From assembly GCA_022826645.1 (NCBI GenBank), contig JAJDUM010000117.1, positions 585 through 64,584 of the forward strand: a DNA stretch of 64,000 nt, given 5' to 3'. Source of the stretch: Candidatus Poribacteria bacterium (GTDB lineage Bacteria; Poribacteria; WGA-4E; PCPOR2b). This document shows, piece by piece, positions 18,870 to 28,786 of this stretch. The position numbers and the translations under genes were made by a program. The notes under the pieces were generated by a model that was not told the origin of the DNA, did no database searches, and saw only the letters and a program-made list of their open reading frames with translations. Position 1 is the first letter of the stretch; each line of letters begins with the position of its first letter.

Positions 18870-19675
18870 TACAAAATCCTCCAGTCCGACAAAACTCCCA
18901 TCGAACACAACCGCACATAAACGTCCGAAAGTCCAACCCAGCAGAGGCTCATCCACGCCCAGAGCATGTGTCGACGATTCAAACAGCTGACGCAGTTGTA
19001 CGCGGTTCTACGAATGGGGGCTCCTGAAAGTCTATCGCGGATGCCCCCAACAAGATGGCGTAGCGAATGGCAACCGAGTGTATAGCCACCGAGCAAGATA
19101 GCGTTGCCCGTTAAGATTAGTGTGCCGATGCCGATACCGAACGATTTTCCACCGTTCCCGTTGTCAAACCACATTGCTTTCCAAGCATCGTAGGCAAGAA
19201 TCACTACGAAAATAAGTGCAAGATACAGAAAGTATCGATGTACATTTTGAATAATCAGCGGAAATGAGCCTTCGCCCCGGTATCCCTTACGAGGTTCGCT
19301 GACAGTACATGAAGGTGGATCCGCCCAAAAGGCTTTGTAATAAGCACCGCGATAATAGTAACAGGTGATACGAAAACCGAGTGGCGCCCAAAGAATAAGG
19401 AGGCTCGGTGGAACCCAGAGTGGCAACCAGTCGGGTCTCCCTGCCAACCAACTATGTCCCGAACTATGTCCTGCCGTATCAAAGAGCAGCGGAGCATAGA
19501 AGGGAGACAGATATGGTCCGGAGTGATAGTGATCTCCTTGAAAGACCGCCCATGTCGCATAGAGACCAAAGACAGACAATCCCAGAAAAACCGCCAAGGG
19601 CTGGAGCCACCAAGCGTCATGGCGTCTGGTTTGACCGAATCGACGGTCGGTTAAGGTTAATTCTGGATGATTCAT
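18869..19675 (-). CDS. SDH membrane anchor, mycobacterial Sdh1 (Rv0249c)-like, type F
   Basis: RITCYYYRGAYY, QNVHRYF, GCHSLRH and RHMLWAW motifs; translationally coupled to sdhA. Confidence 0.85.
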   Translation of the reverse strand: MNHPELTLTDRRFGQTRRHDAWWLQPLAVFLGLSVFGLYATWAVFQGDHYHSGPYLSPFYAPLLFDTAGHSSGHSWLAGRPDWLPLWVPPSLLILWAPLGFRITCYYYRGAYYKAFWADPPSCTVSEPRKGYRGEGSFPLIIQNVHRYFLYLALIFVVILAYDAWKAMWFDNGNGGKSFGIGIGTLILTGNAILLGGYTLGCHSLRHLVGGIRDRLSGAPIRRTAYNCVSCLNRRHMLWAWMSLCWVGLSDVYVRLCSMGVLSDWRIL

Positions 19676-19686
19676 AAACAGACTCC

Positions 19687-20352
19687 TTACTGTTCAAGCA
19701 ACGTTCTTATATCCTTACGCAATCGCTGCAGCGAGCCCTCACTTCGGCTCTCATAGTAACCTCGCACCTGCTGGTCCCGATCCACAAGCACAAATCGTGT
19801 GCTATGAAGAATCTCACTCCCACGATGACCGGCCGCCAAGTTAAACCCATCTTGAGCCAGTTGGTAGATAGCGTCTCTCTGTCCTGTTAGGAAAGACCAA
19901 CGATCGCCATCCGCGCCATAATGATCTGCATAACGAAGAAGGGCTTCAGGAGTATCCCGTTCCGGATCTACAGAAAAGGAAACGAAATGGACATCCTCCG
20001 CAGCGAATTCGTTTTGGAGGTTCGCCATTTGGATAGTCATTGGCGGACAAATTGTCGCACAAGTGGTAAAGATGAAATCCGCGACCCAAATTTTGTCGTG
20101 GAGATCGGACAGCGCAAAGGGTAAACCACTCTGATCGGTCAAGGAAAAGTCCGGTAGTTGTTGTTGAGCCGCGAGTTCCGACAACGAACGTGTCGACTCC
20201 AAGGTTGCGCCGGACTTTTGATGAACGAATGACCAGAGATTAGCACCCAAGATACCAACAATCACAAGGGCTAACACGCCCCAGAGAAGTCCACGGAGTA
20301 CCCGGTGGGTGGACGTAGCAGCCTGTTCTGGAGATTTAACTTTGGTTTCCAT
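19687..20352 (-). CDS. sco: SCO1/SenC copper chaperone
   Basis: FTTCATICP, SVDPERDTPE, distal His (ILHS), N-terminal TM. Confidence 0.92.
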   Translation of the reverse strand: METKVKSPEQAATSTHRVLRGLLWGVLALVIVGILGANLWSFVHQKSGATLESTRSLSELAAQQQLPDFSLTDQSGLPFALSDLHDKIWVADFIFTTCATICPPMTIQMANLQNEFAAEDVHFVSFSVDPERDTPEALLRYADHYGADGDRWSFLTGQRDAIYQLAQDGFNLAAGHRGSEILHSTRFVLVDRDQQVRGYYESRSEGSLQRLRKDIRTLLEQ

Positions 20353-20420
20353 AGATATAAAGCGTAAAACCCAGGACGCGGAGCAAACAATTTCTTCACG
20401 TTTCACGCATCACGTTTTAC

Positions 20421-20750
20421 TTAGTGAGATGTATCAACAACCTGAGATTCCGCTTTAGCTCCTTCATGGCGAGCCCCAGCCATTAGATCCGGAAGCAGCA
20501 TAAACACGAGAAAAACACAGATAATAAACGGCGTCAGCGCAATCATCATCAAGGTCTTCTGCTCAAATTTTAGGTGCATGAAATAGAGCGCGACATAAAG
20601 TGCCTTAGAACATGCCATGCCGATCAGCAAGAGTGCGATCACAATCTTGGGAAAAGGCATGTAAACTACGGCAACTTCGGCGATGGTGAGTATGATGAGA
20701 ATCACAAATATTCTCATATATTTCGGATGTTCTTTATGAGCGTGTTCCAT
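20421..20750 (-). CDS. Cytochrome c oxidase subunit IV family
   Basis: KALYVALYFMHLKFE motif; three TMs. Confidence 0.85.
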   Translation of the reverse strand: MEHAHKEHPKYMRIFVILIILTIAEVAVVYMPFPKIVIALLLIGMACSKALYVALYFMHLKFEQKTLMMIALTPFIICVFLVFMLLPDLMAGARHEGAKAESQVVDTSH

Positions 20751-20770
20751 CTTGATTCTCCATGTGGTGA

Positions 20771-21397
20771 TTACAGTAGATAGACAAAGGTAAAAACCAT
20801 GATCCAGACAAGGTCAACAAAGTGCCAATATAGCCCCAAGATCTCGACCTTGTGATTATTCTCTGCTGTGTATGTTCCCCGCAGCCCCTGAATCAGGATA
20901 ACAATGAGGTAAATGACACCACCGGTGACATGTGCACCGTGGAAACCTGTAATTGTGTAGAAGGTAGGACCAAATAGTGTGGAACCTGACATCCCGTGGG
21001 GAAGCGTGGTGAAGGTTAGACCGTGCGTAATCAGGTGAGTCCACTCATACGCTTGCAGCCCCAAGAAGATTAGACCGCCCAGAATAGTCAAACCGAGGAA
21101 AGTACACATCCTCGATTGGTTGCCGTTCTGGATGGCTTCGAGGGCTTTGACCATCGTAACACTACTACAAATCAGCAAAAAGGTCATAGCCGCAGTGAGG
21201 TTAATTCCGAGTACTTCGGATGGGGGTGCCCATTCCGCTGCGCCAGCGCGTATAGCACCGTAAGCAGCGAGCAGTGCACCAAAGGACATCGCGTCGCTAA
21301 TAAGAAAGAGCCACATCCCCAACTTGCCCAGACTATCGGGGGTGAGGGACGGTTCGTAAACATCGGCAGAATGATCGAGTGTCGTGGTTTGTTCCAA
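20771..21397 (-). CDS. ctaE: Cytochrome c oxidase subunit III
   Basis: TGFHGAHV and LYWHFVDLVW. Confidence 0.9.
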   Translation of the reverse strand: MEQTTTLDHSADVYEPSLTPDSLGKLGMWLFLISDAMSFGALLAAYGAIRAGAAEWAPPSEVLGINLTAAMTFLLICSSVTMVKALEAIQNGNQSRMCTFLGLTILGGLIFLGLQAYEWTHLITHGLTFTTLPHGMSGSTLFGPTFYTITGFHGAHVTGGVIYLIVILIQGLRGTYTAENNHKVEILGLYWHFVDLVWIMVFTFVYLL

Positions 21398-21400
21398 TTT

Positions 21401-21655
21401 TCACACTCCTTTCACATTTGAAGGTGGTTTACGATTATCGGTCCGATGTGTGCGGTAGTATACGAGAAACACACCACCACCAATTAGACCGGAAACAATA
21501 TAGGGCATCGCCATAAGGAATAAAATGCTCCATTTGAAGCCCTGAACAATTGGGTCATCTATCGTTTTACACGAGGGACAGGCTTCCACAACTGCTGGTG
21601 CCAGCAGTGCAAGGACCAGAATCCCTACTATGAATGAAAAATATCGACAAATCAT
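21401..21655 (-). CDS. Small CxxC membrane protein of the oxidase cluster
   Basis: Signal-like N-terminus, ACPSCK, SILFLMAMPY TM segment. Confidence 0.7.
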   Translation of the reverse strand: MICRYFSFIVGILVLALLAPAVVEACPSCKTIDDPIVQGFKWSILFLMAMPYIVSGLIGGGVFLVYYRTHRTDNRKPPSNVKGV

Positions 21656-21975
21656 AAGAAAATCTCCTTACTCACGAAATGAAGATAATAATTTGTGTGA
21701 ATTCGCAATTTATGATTTTTTTTGGGTTTTCCGTGAAGATAATGCTTAAAGTTGACAGAAGCATCATCGGGCACTTTCTCCCACGTTGTCAAGGGAATTT
21801 ACTCTCCAATTTCAGCAACAACTTTCCAAATCGGTTTTTGTGGCTGACATTGCATGACAGCTTCTTCATTTATCGGGTCAAGATTTTTTTATGGTGAATC
21901 CTATAATTACTTATACACCTTCAATACACAGCCAACCCCTAAATCCCCCTTATCAGGGGGACTTTTGAGACTTCA

Positions 21976-22827
21976 CTAAGAGGAGTCACTAACCGACTTG
22001 GCACAACGGAAACCGTAATTAAAAATATTACCCCTCGGCTTCGGGTTTCTACCCTTTCGAGTTACACACGCCAGCCATTTTGCCACGTCGAACCAACCCG
22101 CGCCACGCACGACACGCCGACCATGAAATCCTGAATCGGGACCTTTCGGGTTCCGTTGTGGGGAGTTTTGATAGTAATCAGGACGATACCAATCATAACA
22201 CCATTCCTCAACATTTCCCGCCATGTCGTGAAGACCATAGCCGTTGGGCGGATAACTTCCTACAGGCGTTGGGTGTCCAACATACCTATCAAAGTTGGCC
22301 ATCGTTTCGTCAGGCGGTTCATCTCCCCATGGATATTTCTTCCCTTTCAACCCGCCCCGCGCGGCTTTCTCCCACTCCGCTTCAGTTGGAAGCCGTTTTC
22401 CCGCCCACTGGCAATAGTCCATCGCTGTCTGCCACGCCAAACCCATCACCGGGTGATTGGGTTGACCATATCCGGGTAAACCGTCACTCCAATGCCCCAT
22501 GGGACTACGCCCGGTTAGTTTGCAAAATTTTTGGTACTGTGCATTCGTCACCGTATAGATATCCATGTAAAACGCATCGAGATAGACGGTGTGAACCGGT
22601 TTTTCGTCATCTTTACCTTCGGCACTTCCCATTTGAAACTCACCGGCAGGGATTAGTACCATCGGGGTGCCATCTTTACCAATGATACGTTTGGCAATCT
22701 TTTCCTTCGGTGATTCACCCGGTGGTGCTGACGTTCCATCAGAACCGAGCACATTCACTTGAAACATTGAAAGAGACAAAAATAACGATACGGATAAAAA
22801 AATAGTTAAGATCGTTTTGCACTTCAT
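21976..22827 (-). CDS. Secreted FGE-sulfatase (SUMF1/CLec-fold) domain protein, copy 1
   Basis: Signal peptide, IPAGEFQMG, RLPTEAEWEKAARGG, NGYGLHDMAGNV, GFRC. Confidence 0.9.
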   Translation of the reverse strand: MKCKTILTIFLSVSLFLSLSMFQVNVLGSDGTSAPPGESPKEKIAKRIIGKDGTPMVLIPAGEFQMGSAEGKDDEKPVHTVYLDAFYMDIYTVTNAQYQKFCKLTGRSPMGHWSDGLPGYGQPNHPVMGLAWQTAMDYCQWAGKRLPTEAEWEKAARGGLKGKKYPWGDEPPDETMANFDRYVGHPTPVGSYPPNGYGLHDMAGNVEEWCYDWYRPDYYQNSPQRNPKGPDSGFHGRRVVRGAGWFDVAKWLACVTRKGRNPKPRGNIFNYGFRCAKSVSDSS

Positions 22828-23037
22828 AGTGAATACCCCCCATTCAAACTATGGTGGATTCCAAAAATAAATAGACACTTTCGCCACCCGGTAGGTGCGG
22901 GTGCCTAATCGCACCGAATAGGCGTAGTTGGAAACAGTGCCTACCAAACGGGACAACAGTAGTTTCGTTTTTCGCCCCCCGGTTTGGCGTGTCTCATTAA
23001 TTCTAAGATCCACTATAAGTAGACAAGCACTGGTAAT

Positions 23038-23736
23038 TTAATAATTCGCCGAACTCCACAATTTTACCTTATTGGCGTTTGACGAATGCCTAAAATTAGG
23101 ATCATTGCCACTTTCTGGTGAAAAATCATTTCCGGGTATAGTCCTGACATTTCCCGTTGATGTCTCCCGGTATTCGGCTGGTCCAAATTCAAAGGGGTTG
23201 CCGCTAGTCCCCGGCAGTTCAATACTGGGGGGAGAGGGCGTACCCCAAAAAGCTTCAATCTGCTCACGAATCCAATAAATCTTGGTATTGTCGGTCCAGT
23301 CAAAACCGGGTGCACCAGAGCCGATCCAATCAACACTATGCGGATCCCACGTTAATGTTTCGACGTTATTACCAAAATGAAAGTCAACGCTTTGTCCCTT
23401 TGGAACCATCTTCAAAACCGTGTTGTCAGTGACAGTATGATTATAGTCCCGAAGTAGACTCCCTTCTCGAAGTCCAACGCTGTAACCGAGCTCAGCGAAA
23501 GCTTTACCATTGCTATCCACCCCAATCTGATACCAAACTGTCCTAGTATTTGCGTCCCTGCTAAGAGCACTGACACCGAGCAGCCCTGCCGCTTTGCCTG
23601 CTTCAGCACCCCCGGGAACTGCACCCCAGGTGCCCTGTCCTATTGTGGTTTGGACATAATCTATCTCTTTTTTGTCTCCGACACTCGGAGCTCCCACTGT
23701 CTTACGTAATGTCCCAAGCTTGTTGCCTCCAGCCAT
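23038..23736 (-). CDS. Hypothetical protein
   Basis: Long open frame with a GGAGG RBS before ATG 23736; no recognised motif. Confidence 0.6.
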   Translation of the reverse strand: MAGGNKLGTLRKTVGAPSVGDKKEIDYVQTTIGQGTWGAVPGGAEAGKAAGLLGVSALSRDANTRTVWYQIGVDSNGKAFAELGYSVGLREGSLLRDYNHTVTDNTVLKMVPKGQSVDFHFGNNVETLTWDPHSVDWIGSGAPGFDWTDNTKIYWIREQIEAFWGTPSPPSIELPGTSGNPFEFGPAEYRETSTGNVRTIPGNDFSPESGNDPNFRHSSNANKVKLWSSANY

Positions 23737-23817
23737 TGCATTCACCTCCATACTAAAATAAATTGTTACTGTAAATAGGAATCGTAATCGAAACGATTAG
23801 GGAGTTAAGCACCGAAC

Positions 23818-24678
23818 TTAATCCGAAAACGACTTGGCACAACGAAACCCCGAACTATAAGGCAAGTCCCTCCGCTTCGGCTTCGGAGTAGCACCTGATC
23901 GGGCCGCACACCTAATCCACATCGGTATGGATTGCCAAGTTCCACCGCGCACGACACGCTCACCATGAAATCCTGAATCGGGACCTTTCGGGTTCCGTTG
24001 TGGGGAGTTTTGATAGTAATCAGGACGATACCAATCATAGCACCATTCCGGAACATTTCCCGCCATGTCGTGGAGCCCATAGCCGTTGGGAGGATAGCTC
24101 CCTACAGGTGTTGAGTATCCAGTAATATACTTACCAAAGTTGGCCATCGTTTCGTCAGCCGGTTCATCTCCCCATGAGTATTTCTTCCCTTCCAATCCGC
24201 CCCGCGCGGCTTTCTCCCATTCCGCTTCAGTTGGAAGCCGTTTTCCCGCCCACTGGCAATAGTCCACCGCTCTCTGCCATGTTACGCCTATAGCCGGTTG
24301 ATTGGGGCGGTCATATCCGGGTCTCCTCTGAGTCCAATATCCCCGGGGGTCACGACCCGTAGCCGTAGCCGCAAGGAATTTTTGATATTGTGCATTGGAC
24401 ACTTCATAGATATCCATGTAAAACGCATCGAGATAGACGGTGTGAACCGGTTTTTCGTTAGCTTCATCCATATCACCTCCCATCTGAAACTCGCCAGCAG
24501 GGATTAGCACCATCGGGGTGCCATCTTTACCGGTGATGCGTTTGGGAATCTTTTCCTGCGGGGATTCACCCGAAAGTGCTGACGTTTCATCAGAACCAAG
24601 CACATTCACTTGAAGCATTGAAAAAGACAAAAACAATGATACTAATAAAAAAATAGTTAAGATGTTTTTGTACTTCAT
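23818..24678 (-). CDS. Secreted FGE-sulfatase domain protein, copy 2
   Basis: Same motifs as copy 1, with long stretches of identical DNA. Confidence 0.9.
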   Translation of the reverse strand: MKYKNILTIFLLVSLFLSFSMLQVNVLGSDETSALSGESPQEKIPKRITGKDGTPMVLIPAGEFQMGGDMDEANEKPVHTVYLDAFYMDIYEVSNAQYQKFLAATATGRDPRGYWTQRRPGYDRPNQPAIGVTWQRAVDYCQWAGKRLPTEAEWEKAARGGLEGKKYSWGDEPADETMANFGKYITGYSTPVGSYPPNGYGLHDMAGNVPEWCYDWYRPDYYQNSPQRNPKGPDSGFHGERVVRGGTWQSIPMWIRCAARSGATPKPKRRDLPYSSGFRCAKSFSD

Positions 24679-24694
24679 GGTGAACACCCGTCAT

Positions 24695-25300
24695 TTAGAT
24701 TAAATAGACAAGAATATAAAGCAGGGGCCATAACACAACAACAAACGCCCAGTAAATTGCACAAACCTCAACTCCAGCATAGTGATTCACAGAAAACCGA
24801 CCGGCTATTGCCTTAGCGAAAACGGCTAACAGCCAGAGAACGGCTACCAGAACATGCAAGGCATGACAACCGATGAGGACATAGAAGACTGAGCCGTATA
24901 CTCCTGACGAAAGCGTAAAGCCGTGATGGACCAAGCGCACCCATTCAGACCCTTGGACAACAAGGAAAATTATACCAAGAATCCCCGTCGCGAAAAGCCA
25001 GTTTTTCAGTGCTCTCTGATGGTCTTGTCGAATCGCTCGGAGTCCCTGAAGCATCGTGTAGCCGCTCAAGAGCAAGACGATTGTATTGAGTCCAGTTATG
25101 CCAACGGGCAAACGAACATCTGCCTGCGAGGGCGGGGGCCATGTGACGCTCCCCAAACGGAACACAAGGAACGTTCCGATCAACCCAGCAAAAAACATGA
25201 TCTCGGCACCTAAAAGTACCAGCACAGCTAGGCGTGCATTGCTGATGGGACGGCTTGCCCCCTCGGTACGTTCGAATGATGTATGTTCTAGCTCGTTCAT
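24695..25300 (-). CDS. Cytochrome c oxidase subunit III-like, second copy
   Basis: EIMFFAGL, IGCHALHV, IYWAFV; start moved to ATG 25300. Confidence 0.85.
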   Translation of the reverse strand: MNELEHTSFERTEGASRPISNARLAVLVLLGAEIMFFAGLIGTFLVFRLGSVTWPPPSQADVRLPVGITGLNTIVLLLSGYTMLQGLRAIRQDHQRALKNWLFATGILGIIFLVVQGSEWVRLVHHGFTLSSGVYGSVFYVLIGCHALHVLVAVLWLLAVFAKAIAGRFSVNHYAGVEVCAIYWAFVVVLWPLLYILVYLI

Positions 25301-25374
25301 TGGAATAGAAGATAAAACATGAAAAAAAGGAGAAAAGCCTCTATTGCACAACAGTCAAGGTTAGAAAACCTCGA

Positions 25375-25515
25375 TTACAATCCATTATTCTTGACAAGCG
25401 CAAGAATCGTTGCAAGAATAAATAGGACGACAAATACCGCGAATAAGAACCAACCGATACGTCGGTTTTGACTCTGTTTTTCTTGGTTATTCTTAATTTG
25501 GTGATCTTGTTCCAT
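25375..25515 (-). CDS. 46-aa single-TM protein, absent from the ORF track
   Basis: MEQDHQIKNNQEKQSQNRRIGWFLFAVFVVLFILATILALVKNNGL*; its ATG overlaps the ctaB stop (TAATG). Confidence 0.65.
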   Translation of the reverse strand: MEQDHQIKNNQEKQSQNRRIGWFLFAVFVVLFILATILALVKNNGL

Positions 25516-26417
25516 TACGTGACCTTATCAAGTGCCATCATTAAAAACACGAGCGGCAAGTATATCAATGAGGCGTAGAGCAATCGTTTTGCTGCTATCG
25601 TTGATCGAGAGATCGATAGGTTGACCCCGAACCCAAGAAAGACAATACCCAATATCAGAGCGGCATAAAAATAAACGATGCCAGCGATGCCTATTAGCGT
25701 AGGCAGCAGGGCTACAACAAGGAGTCCAAGACAGTTGATGACAATTTGTCTGTTCGTGCTTCTGCCATCGGGATGAATGACTGGCAACAAACGGAATCCA
25801 GCTTGCGCGTATTCATCGCGGTAGATACATGCGATCGACAACGAGTGGGGCAATTGCCAAAGGAACAGAATTGCAAAAAGCACACCCGCCTCAATATTGA
25901 GTGTTCCTCGCGCTGCAACCCAACCGATAACAGGCGGCAATGCGCCCGGAAACGCACCTGCAACGGTGCAAAGTGACGTTTTCTGCTTCAGCGGTGTATA
26001 AACAAAGAGATAGGTTACAACAATGGCTGAAGTGACCAATGCGCTTAAGGGATTTACAAAAAACGTCAGATAGAGCAAACCGCCACCAGTGAGCAAGACT
26101 CCGAAAAACAGCGCTGCAGTCGGCTGAATCCGTTGATCCGGTAATGGACGGTGACATGTTCGCCCCATGCGGGCATCTAAATCGCGTTCGAGGTATTGGT
26201 TCAGGGCTAATACTCCTGCCGCCGACAACCCTGTGCCGATAATGGCGCATATCAGTTGCATCCAATTAAGCGTTTGTGGTGAAGCGATATAAAAGCCAGC
26301 TGAGGTTGTAATGAGTATCATCGAAACGAGCCGCGGCTTCGTCAACTCGACAAAAGTCGACACACGTCGGCTCATTTGAGACAGGTCAATTCCTACGGTT
26401 TGTGTCGTCGATATCAT
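25515..26417 (-). CDS. ctaB: Protoheme IX farnesyltransferase (heme O synthase)
   Basis: ELTKPR, ERDLDARMGRTCHRPLP, YTPLK, FLWQLPH. Confidence 0.95.
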   Translation of the reverse strand: MISTTQTVGIDLSQMSRRVSTFVELTKPRLVSMILITTSAGFYIASPQTLNWMQLICAIIGTGLSAAGVLALNQYLERDLDARMGRTCHRPLPDQRIQPTAALFFGVLLTGGGLLYLTFFVNPLSALVTSAIVVTYLFVYTPLKQKTSLCTVAGAFPGALPPVIGWVAARGTLNIEAGVLFAILFLWQLPHSLSIACIYRDEYAQAGFRLLPVIHPDGRSTNRQIVINCLGLLVVALLPTLIGIAGIVYFYAALILGIVFLGFGVNLSISRSTIAAKRLLYASLIYLPLVFLMMALDKVT

Positions 26418-27556
26418 GCAGACACCTCATCGGAAACAAGCCCTCGACTTGTAACAAGCTTTGATCTGCTTGCGAACTGAAAAACGTTCAAGGTCAGTAT
26501 AACGGAGATGATTAGCATTAAAGCACCGATTGCAACGTGAGAAGTTGTGATAGTTACACCAGTAACCGGGGAAATACCCCTTCCAAAAGCAGTGAACTCA
26601 GCGAGATACGCACCGAAACCCAATGTCAACTGTACGACAAGCAGACCACTCAGTAGCAAAGCGGGACGAACAAAAGCCTGATTTTCCAAATGATTCTTCA
26701 CGGTCCGCCTCAAGAGCAGAAATATGTGAATTGTTACAAGCCCTGCGAAAAGCAGATGGGCATCCAGTCGTTCTCCCGTATGCCTCAATATAGCACCGAA
26801 GATGAATTGGAGGTAGATAAGCCCCAACGTAATGAGTGCCAAACGTCTCAACCGCCCAGTATCCGTAGTCTCAGTTTGCCCCGATGTTTGCAGCCAGCCG
26901 CGCGAAGTGAACAGCGCAAGACTTGCGATCAAGCTAAAAAACGCTTGAGCAAAGCAGGCGTGTATGATAGCGAGAATTCTACTGAGGTTAGTCACACGAA
27001 GGCCGCCCATCACCCCTTGCACAATGACAGCAACGAGAGCGATGACGCCCAGCCATTTCATCCATGTGCGCGCATCTTTCACCCAGATTGAGACCATCAA
27101 CGCAATCGTCAGCAAACCGACAATAGAACCAATCAACCGATGGCTATGTTCGTACAGAACACCATGAACATATACATCGAGCCGCTCACCTGATTTTATA
27201 AGCGTATAGGTACGCTCATTCGCTCTATCCGCGAGGCCCCACCTGCTTCCTTGTTCTTGGATTGAGATTATAACATTTTCTGAAACAGAAATCTCGTTTT
27301 TTTCGAGTGCCTCCCGTAACCGCCCGGATAGTGTGAGACTCTCCAGATCAGCTTGGAGATTCGGGTCGATACTGAAGAGGAAACCGCTGACTGTTTTGGA
27401 AAGCGGATAGAGAAACATGTTGTATCCGAAGGTCGTGGGCCAATCGGGAACAGCGAGTCCTGAATCTGTGCTGGTTACAAGTCCACCCATGCAAATTAGG
27501 ATAAAAGTCGTTACAGCGGTGAGTACAGCAAGTCTATGAAGCCATGGACGATACAT
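26414..27556 (-). CDS. ctaA: Heme A synthase (COX15/CtaA) with a ~70-aa insertion
   Basis: GLAVPDWP, YEHSHR, QGVMGGLRV, IHACFAQ, QFIFGAILRH, SHVAIGAL. Confidence 0.9.
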   Translation of the reverse strand: MYRPWLHRLAVLTAVTTFILICMGGLVTSTDSGLAVPDWPTTFGYNMFLYPLSKTVSGFLFSIDPNLQADLESLTLSGRLREALEKNEISVSENVIISIQEQGSRWGLADRANERTYTLIKSGERLDVYVHGVLYEHSHRLIGSIVGLLTIALMVSIWVKDARTWMKWLGVIALVAVIVQGVMGGLRVTNLSRILAIIHACFAQAFFSLIASLALFTSRGWLQTSGQTETTDTGRLRRLALITLGLIYLQFIFGAILRHTGERLDAHLLFAGLVTIHIFLLLRRTVKNHLENQAFVRPALLLSGLLVVQLTLGFGAYLAEFTAFGRGISPVTGVTITTSHVAIGALMLIISVILTLNVFQFASRSKLVTSRGLVSDEVSA

Positions 27557-27756
27557 TGAACCAGTTCTATTCCTCTTACGCTTTAGCAGCTTGATTTGTT
27601 AATTCTGTATTTTTGGATACGGCTTAGCCTTTGTGATAAAGCGAACCAAGTTTATTTGGAGATATTCAGAGTTGCTCTGAATATCAAGCACTATTTGCTC
27701 TCTATGCCGCGCGATTCGAATGACGGTACTAGTTTTCACAAAGAATGCAGCGAACA

Positions 27757-28599
27757 TCAAACAAGTGCTGTTGCAATGGCCTGATCAACGTTCACTGACT
27801 TGAGTTCAGCGTGGAGGCTACCGTCAATCGAGACGGTGTCATCAAGCGAGAATCCAAGTGTCAGTTTGAGGTTTTCTTCGGCGAGTTTGCGCTGGTTCTG
27901 TGCTTGAATCAGCTGCGAGCGGGTATTAACCACTTGGACGTTTGCTCGAATCACTTCCAACCGTGTGGTAACGCCTGCGGCTTTCTGTTGTTGTGTAAGG
28001 GTGTAGCGTCTTTCAACTTGAGCCAGTGATTGCTCGGCGACATCAACGAAAGCCTGCGCCAACAGCACGCCGTGGAATGCTTGGCGAACCTTCAGTTCAA
28101 TATCAAGTTGAACCGCTTCTAACGTTCGTTCCGCTGCCTGCTTGCCTAAGACTGCTTGCCGGTAAATATTGCCGAGTTGCCCCCATGTAAATAGAGGATA
28201 CGTTGCCTGGGCACGCCCCTGAAAATTGTGTGTTGCACCCATTTCAATTTCGATCGGTTCGGCTTCGGCTGGCAGCCCCCCAAGATTCAATGGGAAGTCT
28301 CCATCTAACACAATCGTCGGTAGATCGCCATTGAATGTGTAGCCGGTATCTAACATCAGCTGCGGCAGCAACGCGGCGCGGGCTTCCTTCACCTTCTCGT
28401 TGGCAAGTTCGACATCTTTCTGGGCAACTTGAAACTCCCGACTGTTGCTCAAGGCGTGGCCAATGCCTTGAGCAATCGTGAAAGTGTATACAGATTCTTG
28501 TGCCGCGACCAATCTCCAAGCAAGGGTAGGAATCAGAATTGAGCCAAGTATGTGAAGCAACAGAACCACTCCACATCTGAGGCATTGTCTAAATAACAT
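27757..28599 (-). pseudogene. Truncated TolC-family outer membrane efflux protein (N-terminal repeat only)
   Basis: Signal peptide, EARAALLPQL, YPLFTWG, AGVTTRLEVIRA; stops at 280 aa where the second OEP repeat should begin. Confidence 0.65.
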
Positions 28600-28786
28600 A
28601 TATATTTCCTGATACGTGATGCGTACATGGTCAGGAGTTCACTATGAGTTTATTGAAAAGAATGTGTCAGGCAGCGGGAGGACGAGGGTCTTCACCCATA
28701 TTTTTCCCAAGACCCGCTGCCTCAAAAATGATGAGCGCTTGAACGATGTGGAAACGCTATCCCCACTAACTCGCATCAACGGTTTC

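Noticed and set aside
21976-24690. Diversity-generating retroelement
   Set aside because: No reverse transcriptase or non-coding template repeat in the window; differences include indels and are not adenine-specific
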